From the NCBI GenBank assembly GCA_951406725.2, contig OX597840.1:16430001-16494000 (forward strand): DNA of 64,000 nt, written 5' to 3'. Of this stretch, positions 56,142 to 64,000 are shown one piece after another. Position numbers and translations under genes: made by a program. The notes below the pieces were generated by a model, which searched no databases, was not told the DNA's origin, and saw nothing but the letters and a program-made list of their open reading frames with translations. Source of the stretch: Octopus vulgaris. Its lineage: Eukaryota. The first letter of the stretch is position 1, and each line of letters begins with the position of its first letter.

Positions 56142-56745
56142 GTATATATGTGTATATATGTATATATGTGTATGTATATATGTGTATATATGTATATATG
56201 TGTATATATATATATGTGTATGTATATATATATGTATATATATATATGTATATATATATGTATATATATATGTGTATATATATATGTGTATATATATATG
56301 TGTATATATATATGTATATATATATATGTATATATATATGTATATATATATATATGTATATGTATATGTATCATCATCATCATCGTTTAACGTCCGCTTT
56401 CCATGCTAGCATGGGTTGGACGGTTGAACTGGGGTCTGGGAAGCTCGAAGGCTGCACCAGGCCAGTCAGATCTGGCAGTGTTTCTACAGCTGGATGCCCT
56501 TCCTAACGCCAACCACTCCGTGAGTGTAGTGGGTGCTTGTTATGTCCCACTGACACAGGTGCCAGACGAGGCTGGCACGGCCACGATCGGATGGTGTTGG
56601 TTACGTGCCACCAGAACGGAGGCCAGTTAATGCGGTACTGGCTACGGCCACGTTCGGATGGTTTTCTAATGTGCCACCGGCACTGGAACCACAAAACTAC
56701 AAATTCCATTGATATTGATCGATATATATGTATATGTATATATAT

Positions 56746-57762
56746 TGTTGTGAATAGGTCAATTCAGGGACAGTACTTCTATGGCCTACTTTGCTGGCTT
56801 GGAGTCTGGAAGTCTACTATGTAAAGTTATTGTCCTTTGTTCTGTCGGATTCACAAGAGAGTAATGAGCTTTGAGGGGACCTTTGGCATTGTGCTAGTCA
56901 AGGAAAGTTCGAAGAAACTACCTTATAAAAAGCTGGAGCTGTGAGTGTGTGACACACTTCAGCCGGAGAAATTGAGGTGGTAACAAGGCAGATGGGATTA
57001 CGAAGGAAGCGGTCAGTTGAGAAAGGCAGACACACAATCTGAGAGATGACAGGGAGAGAGTGACAGTGACAGTGTCGATGAGGACAGGCAGATAGGATTA
57101 CAGCGTGAGGCGGTCAGTTGAGAAAGACAGACAGATAGGATTGAGGATGATAGAGCGGGACTATGGTGTAAGGCATTGATTATTGAGTTGTGTTGAAATG
57201 CAAAAGAATTGGTATGTGAATTAAGTAAAAGACTTGTTGATGTGTTATAAAGAACAGTGCTAAAGAGACTTTAAAAGAAATGAGATTGTAAAGACTTTGA
57301 ACTGTAACGTGAATTGTTGTGATTTGCACATTGTATAATGTATTGAACTGTTCTGATTGGACTGTAACGTATCGTGAACATTATTTGATCTGAACTTATT
57401 TGTCTATCAACATTGTATATTCTATCGTTAATGTGTACGTTATTTGAACTGTTTAAATGCTTTGATCTGTTGTATACCTGATGTAATCTTGATTTATTTG
57501 ATTTGTTGTAATAATTGTTATAAACCGTTGTTAAATGTAGCCAATTGCCTTCCGCCGTCTCTCTTTGTGTCTATTCCTACTGTTGTTGTTGTTTGGTATC
57601 TCCGGTCGCCAGTTTCGCTGCTGCCATTCTTCCCTGCCGGATTCTCTCTTTCCATGGCAAACTTTCCCCGATCGATCGAGCCGGTCAATCGTCGTCGCTC
57701 GACTTGGTAGGGTCCTGGGTTTTTCCCGAAGAGTTTGAGCGACGGCAGGGTGGTCCGTAACA
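56746..57762. mobile_element. Probable solo LTR (Gypsy-like)
   Basis: TGTT...AACA ends, 4-bp ATAT duplication on both sides, ~1 kb, no ORF. Confidence 0.65.
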
Positions 57763-57766
57763 ATAT

Positions 57767-57806
<40 letters not shown>

Positions 57807-57861
57807 GTATGTGTGTGTATATGTATATGTATGTGTGTGTATATGTATATGTATGTGTGTG

Positions 57862-57934
<73 letters not shown>

Positions 57935-57987
57935 ATATATATATATATGTGTATATATATATGTATGTGTATATATATATATATATG

Positions 57988-58030
<43 letters not shown>

Positions 58031-58101
58031 ATATATATATATATATATTCACACACATATATATATATAGATATATGTATATATATACATACATGTATGT
58101 A

Positions 58102-58318
58102 TGAGGGGGTGCTGAGAAGTTCCTGGCTTTAAGGGTGTCGCAAAAGGCTTAGTTGGAGGCCCAACCTTCCAAGTTCTTTTACTGAGCTTAGAAAAACTGA
58201 AGCATCACTGCAATAGGTATGTGAATCTGAGAGGGGAATATGATGAATAAAATCATAATTAACTGATCCTCCTGTGTTTTCTTTTACCCAAAGCCAGGAA
58301 CTTTTCAGCACCCCATCT
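58102..58318. mobile_element. Tc1/mariner-type MITE
   Basis: gggggtgctgagaagttcctggcttt pairs with aaagccaggaacttttcagcacccc. Confidence 0.75.
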
Positions 58319-58486
58319 TAGAGAGTGAAACAATGATAAAGAGAGAGTTAGTAACATTAACTTTACTGTTGTTAAATTGTATATTACAATATATATTTAT
58401 CTATATATGTACAAGTTTATTATATTCTGATGTATATTTATATATATTTGTACATACATACATTTGCAGGTTCTACTGTGAAGAGC

Positions 58487-58568
58487 ATGAAAGGGTCAAC
58501 TCTGCAGTTCCCTCTACTGATGATGATGATGATGATGATACCATTAATTTTCCCTGCATATGTCAAAG
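58487..58568 (+). CDS. PTGS: Signal-peptide exon of a second COX gene (B); exon starts at 58470
   Basis: tttgcag|...aaag|gtgagt. MKGSTLQFPLLMMMMMMIPLIFPAYVK(A) looks like a signal peptide and ends in phase 1, in frame with the EGF exon at 62218. Confidence 0.75.
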
Positions 58569-60489
58569 GTGAGTGGTCCTTTAGTAACTAAATTTCCCTC
58601 AAACAAACTCCTCTGATGTTCCAGTACACATTTCTGTGACAGTGTCCTCCCCAAAGTGGGTACCCAACAGTTGGTCATAAACATTGTTTTCTCTAAGTCT
58701 TTTTTCTTCTACTGTGCATACGTGCAGAAATTTGTGTTTTGTGCAAATTTTGTCCTTTATGAAGTGTGTGCACATTTGTGCAAGTAACCATGGCTCAACA
58801 AAAAGTTAGAAACAAAAAGATCAACTTGGAAACCTTGCATGTGCACATTTTTCTTTTGTGCCCTGCTTATAAACATGTGCGTGCATGCACACAAGTACGT
58901 GGCTTAGAATGATTAATAATGGAATCACAATCATGGCTACAGGTATAGGCATGGCTGTGTGCTTAAGAAGAGCACTTTGCAACCAAAGTGGCATGATAGC
59001 TAAGTGCAAAGTCAATTTTTGCCTTTTGTCCTTTTGAGGTTGATAAAATAAAGTGCCAGTCAAGGACTGGGTTTAATGTAATCAACTAACCCCACCCACC
59101 GAAATGTGCTGGTTTTGTGCCAAAATTATTATTATTCCTTCATAACACAGTGTAGGTAAAAATGCACTGGAGTCTTTAGTCATCTGTCAAGTCACAACAA
59201 GGATCTCAGACAGATGATACTTTCCTTAAGATGTGCTCTGTGCCCAATAAGGTTGCTTTTTGCAAGACATCAACCTTGCATGGGATTTCCAGTTGCCTTG
59301 AGAAGTCTTGAAGTTTCAATGGGATTGAGCCCAACACTCCAATCACCACTGGTATCACTTTTACATTACCCTCTCACATTCTATACATTGTTGTTGTTGT
59401 TGTTGTTGTTTTTGTTGCTGCTGCTGCTGTTGTTATTATTAAATGCTAATTTAATAAACAGGAAATGCTATTTGAGGTTTGGTGACAAATTTCCTCAAAT
59501 CTTTCTGTGGCTTCTTGCAGAGTACTGGATGATGCTTTACTGCAGTTTGACAATATGAGTCTTGATTCCAATATCTTTCAGCATCTCAAGTGGCATTTTG
59601 GGTGGTGTGCCAAGTGCACCAATTACCACAGAAATAATTGTTGTTTTAGTCTTCCACAGTATCTTCAGCTCTCAGATTATGTCCTGATATTTCTTATTTT
59701 TTAAAAATTGCTTTGGTATCTGTTATAGTAAGGAATTGCTAAGTCTATGCTCTTACCCTGTTTATTTTACCCTATATAATCATATCTGGTCTTCTTGCTT
59801 CAATAATATGGTCAGTCTTTATGGGGAAGTCCCAGAAATATCCTGTAATTCTTATTCTCTATCACAACCTCTCCTTCCCCTTTATACCACTTTCCTGTCA
59901 GTCCAAAGCTACACACCTGGCTAACATAGCAGTACACTCTTTTACTTACACAGTCATGTCTGTGCATATATGCTTTTTGTGCTAGCTTACTGCATTTTTT
60001 CAAGAGGTGATTGATGCTTGTGTCTCCTTTCCTGTAGATTCTGCATTTTATGTTGGAGTTCTGTCGATTTTTGCCTTTATCAGATTTGTTCTAATGGCTT
60101 GTTCCTGAGCAGCTATAGTTAGCATTTCTGTCCCTCATTTCACATTCTTGTCTGTCTTTTTACATCCTTGTTTTGTTGCATGAATTGGCCATGTAATTAT
60201 CTTTCTGTCTGCATACTGTATGTCCTGCAACCAGCAGGCACATTTGTCCTATCCCAGGCAAAACCAAAATCATCCATGTCCCCACTGTAACTTCCTAGCA
60301 AAATCCATAACTGGATTCATGTTATGTTCATGCATCTATCATAAATAGCTGCAGCTTCTTTTGCACTTTTATTTTTAAAGTTGTTTTTTCTTTGTCTCAT
60401 TTTTTTCCTTTTAAATCCTCTCCTTCAAACACTCATAAATGAAATCGATGGGAGTGACCATTATTATTATCATTATTATTATTATTATT

Positions 60490-61131
60490 GTGGAGCTATG
60501 TCAAATAGCTGCTGTCATGTGTGAGATGGATCCATCAGTCGGCTGAGTCTGTAGTGATGAATGCACTGCTGTCCTCCTTCGATTGGGCAGGCAAGGCAGT
60601 TTTCCTTTGTCTGGAGGTTGTTTGGTGGACAAAGCTGAAAGGCATGAGGACAGATCCATTCCTCTTTGGTAGAGCTCTCATTGACTTCTTCAAGTTTCAC
60701 TTGAAAAGGAAATTGTGAGTGGAGAGGGAAGTGCTGTCCTCGAGTGAGTTTGTTGAAAGGTGAGTGAAAGTTGCGAAAATGTCAAGAGTGGATGGTACCT
60801 CTCTAAGTGTTGGTCTGTGAGTCGGGGAGAAGGAATTGGAGAGGGTACTTGCTCTTGGAGTTTTAGGGAAATCTTGGACAGTGAGGTTTCTTGATTATCC
60901 TTAGAGGCCTTCCTGTATCAGGAGGATCACATCTCTATCATCCTCGCTGCCACTTTTTCTTTTATTTTAACCTTTGTATGCTATGCATTTGTCCCTTCTT
61001 TTTCAAAGTATACTGTTTATACTTACTTTTTTTTCTTTTTTTTATCGTTTCATTACATGTAAACCCTTACACTTTATGTCTGTCATTGTATTGTCTCTCT
61101 CATCCTTCACCCTTGCAGCAAATAAATGAAA
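60490..61131 (+). mobile_element. L1/Tx1-like LINE 3' fragment
   Basis: VVWWTKLKG...ALIDFFKFHLKRK..VER..F.ER; related pieces at 61300-61740 (+) and 21627-22016 (-). Confidence 0.5.
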
Positions 61132-61748
61132 TCATTATTATTATTATTATTATTGTTATTATTGTTTTACTTCTCAGAGTGCTCGGTTTTGTTGGCTCTG
61201 CTGACAGAGGCCCCACAGGGTATCTTTCTACACATTATAATCTTTGATAACTAGATGTTAATTATTGTGGAAGACATTCAACACCCAAGTACCAGTCTCA
61301 AAATCCTAGCTGTCCCCAGCAGAGCAGTTTTTTTAGGCTTGCTCTGCTCTCACGTTCCACTTGAAAAGGAAAATAAGGGAAGAGAGAGAAGTGTCGTCTT
61401 TTAGCCAGTTTGCTGAGAGGTGGATGAAAGTGGTGAGATTGGTGCGAGTGAACAGGCTTGCCCTGAGCATACGCCTGTAGTTGGAAAAAGGAACAGAAAA
61501 AAAGGCACCTGCCCCAAAAGTCCATGGTTTTTTATGGGGTTTTCCCATGAGCATCCCTTGAACATCTCCTCCCTATTCAGGATTACACATTGTTGATTTC
61601 TTTCTTTTCAATTTTGTCAGTCTTGTTTACATGCAAACCCCTCACAACACATACTCACACACACGCATGCATTCTTTATTTTGTTCTGTACAGTCCATAA
61701 TATTTTTCTTAATGTAAACCCTTGTGGTTAATAAAGAAATTATCATCA

Positions 61749-61831
<83 letters not shown>

Positions 61832-61877
61832 ATTATCATTATCATTATTATTATTATCGTCATCATCATCATTATTA

Positions 61878-62188
61878 TTCAGTAGTATTATTTTTATAAC
61901 ATGCTTTCACTGCACTACTGAGTGCAGCTCTGTGTGCCTTGGGTTTATTGTGCTGTGGTTTGTTGTGATGTTCTTATTGTTATTGTATTGAAAGTGTTTT
62001 ACGTAGGATGTGTGCAATGCCTAGTAGTGCTATTTTCTGTATGTTATATATATTTGTTAGTCCTGGTGTTTTTGTTATGTATTTTTCTGAATATTTTTTT
62101 ATCATACCTAATGAGCCCTTTATGACAGGAATTTCTCTTTTTAGACTCCACATTCGAGTTACCTCTATTTCCAGGCCTTTGTATTTTA
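61878..62188 (-). mobile_element. R4/Dong-like non-LTR 3' end in a (TAA)n tract
   Basis: Approximate reverse frame YKGLEIEVTRMWSL...PVIKGSLGMI...IQKIALLGIAHILRKTL* (restriction-like endonuclease C-terminus); an older relative lies at about 59150-60350. Confidence 0.75.
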
Positions 62189-62217
62189 AAATTATTATTA
62201 TTATTTTTTTTTTCTAG

Positions 62218-62337
62218 CTAACACAGCTTGCTGTTCATTCCCATGCCAGAACAATGGGATATGTTCACCCACTGGGCGAAATGGTTATATTTGCAATTGC
62301 CAGAACAGTGGTTACTATGGCACCAATTGTGAATACG
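62218..62337 (+). CDS. PTGS: EGF-like domain exon of COX gene B (PTGS2 exon 2 equivalent); gene continues beyond the window
   Basis: tttttctag|120 nt|gtaagt, phase 1-1. (A)NTACCSFPCQNNGICSPTGRNGYICNCQNSGYYGTNCEY versus human COX-2 [37 protein letters not shown]; the CC doublet is typical of COX EGF domains. Confidence 0.9.
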
Positions 62338-62860
62338 GTAAGTACACATGACTCGGACAAGAATTGACTCTGTATCCATTTCTATTGTTGATAAAAATAT
62401 TGTCCATTGTGATCCACCAGGCCTTTATACCCAATCAAACATATTCTCTCTGTGACCATTCATCTTCTTGCATTTCAAGGACTGCAGTGTCCAATGAAAT
62501 CTTTGTATTTTTTATTTAAGGACAGCAGAGTATGATTTGAGGGAGGTTTGACTACCATTTCTGGAAGGTCAAGTGACCTTGCAGTGGCTCTTCCATGATG
62601 AGTGCTTGATAATGTCAGTAATATAGCCAAGTGGTTATAGTACCTGACTGCAGTTCAAAAGATCTTAGGTTCAAATCAACTGCAGACATCTTGGGGAGAA
62701 TATTGCCTGAGTTCAACAAATTGTTCACTGGAACTGGAGCCAGATCTGATAAGGATTTTTACCAAAGATTGTGGTGCTTTATCTACAAGAACATTTGTCT
62801 AATGAATTCTCAGGTATATATAAGTTCTGAGCTTATAAGGGCCTGTCAGAAAGGAACAAT

Positions 62861-63246
62861 GGCGGCGAGCTGGCAGAAATGCTTAGCGGTATTTCGTCTG
62901 TCGTTACGTTGTGAGTTCAAATTCCGCCAAGGTTGACTTTGCCTTTCATCCTTTCAGGGTCAATAAATTAAGTACCAGTTATGCACTGGGGTCGATATAA
63001 TTGACTTAATACCTATGTCTTTCCTTGTTTGTCCCCTCTATGTTTAACCCCTTGTGGGTAATAAAGAAATAGGTATTTCGTCTGCCATTACGTTCTGAGT
63101 TCAAATTCCGCCGAGGTTGACTTTGCCTTTCATCCGTTCGGGGTCGATTAAATAAGTACCAGTTATGCACTGGGGTTGATATAATCGACTTGATCTATTT
63201 GTCTGTCCCCTCTATGTGTAGCCCCTTGTGGGAAATAAAGAAATAA
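62861..63246 (+). mobile_element. SINE family B dimer
   Basis: One head followed by two tandem bodies. Confidence 0.8.
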
Positions 63247-63299
63247 GAAAGAAACAATTGGAACTGTAACCAACAGTGAACATTGGATATGTCTTATGT

Positions 63300-63680
63300 G
63301 TGATTGTGTTCTGTTGTCAAAAGCAGGAAATGTGAATTATATGAAGTCACATGAAAATCAAACTGCCCAGGTGGGTAATTATCTTGAACCCCACCCCCAG
63401 ATGCCTCTTATGACCTGTGTCATATATCACAAAACTTGTAAGACAATATCTGGGCTAAAAAGTCATATGCTAATTCACAAAAACATTCTTTCAGAATCAG
63501 ATTCCAAAGGGCAAAGATGTGAAAGAAACTTGAATAATATCTGTTGCTTGTGTTTTAAGCCCTGTCAGACAGCAGCTGGTCTTAAAAGTCATCAATGGAT
63601 TGTGAGGTGTGACAGGGTGTGTGTGGGGGGGTGTTGATGGGACAGCTATCATCTGTCAAAAGGAAGCAATTATACACATA
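63300..63680 (+). mobile_element. Decayed RTE C-terminal zinc-finger fragment
   Basis: KTCKTISGLKSHMLIH...CCLCFKPCQTAAGLKSH. Confidence 0.5.
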
Positions 63681-64000
63681 CACACACACACATCAACCTA
63701 TGAATGGCATTGGTTGGTCTGGAGCTATGCAATGGAAACTGTAGAAGCCCATTGTACACGCACGCACACACATACACACACACATATATACATTATATGT
63801 GTGTGTGTTTGTGTTTGTCCCCCCCACCATTACTTGATAATTGGTGTTGGTTTGTTTATGTCCCTGTGATTTAGCAGTCTACCAAACAAGGCTGCTAGAA
63901 TAAGTACCAGACTCCATAAGGTGCAAGTCTCAGCAGGGTTTATTTGTTTTATTTGAATATCACCGGTTGTCCATGCATGTAAGCCTCTGGCTCCTTTTCA

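Overview
Repeat-dense, AT-rich animal genomic DNA; the SINE, LINE and microsatellite landscape suggests an octopod cephalopod (inference). Nearly all ORFs in the supplied track are microsatellite artefacts. The real coding content is spliced: (1) the last six exons (220-37465, +) of a cyclooxygenase / prostaglandin G/H synthase gene with intact catalytic residues and vertebrate-like intron positions; (2) about 21 kb downstream, the signal-peptide and EGF exons (58487-62337, +) of what appears to be a second, tandem COX gene; (3) between them, a decayed minus-strand multi-exon Zn-ribbon/OB-fold-like (DDIAS/RPA1-C-like) pseudogene candidate. Introns and intergenic DNA hold tRNA-derived SINEs, RTE, CR1, R4/Dong and Tx1 LINE fragments, mariner remnants, MITEs and a solo LTR. 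The most unusual non-coding signal is a set of minimal hammerhead-ribozyme motifs of the Penelope type. Two of them sit in the inverted termini of a 5-kb, strand-skewed, tandemly duplicated non-coding element inside the last COX intron. Everything was read by eye; comparisons with human proteins are from memory and no searches were run.
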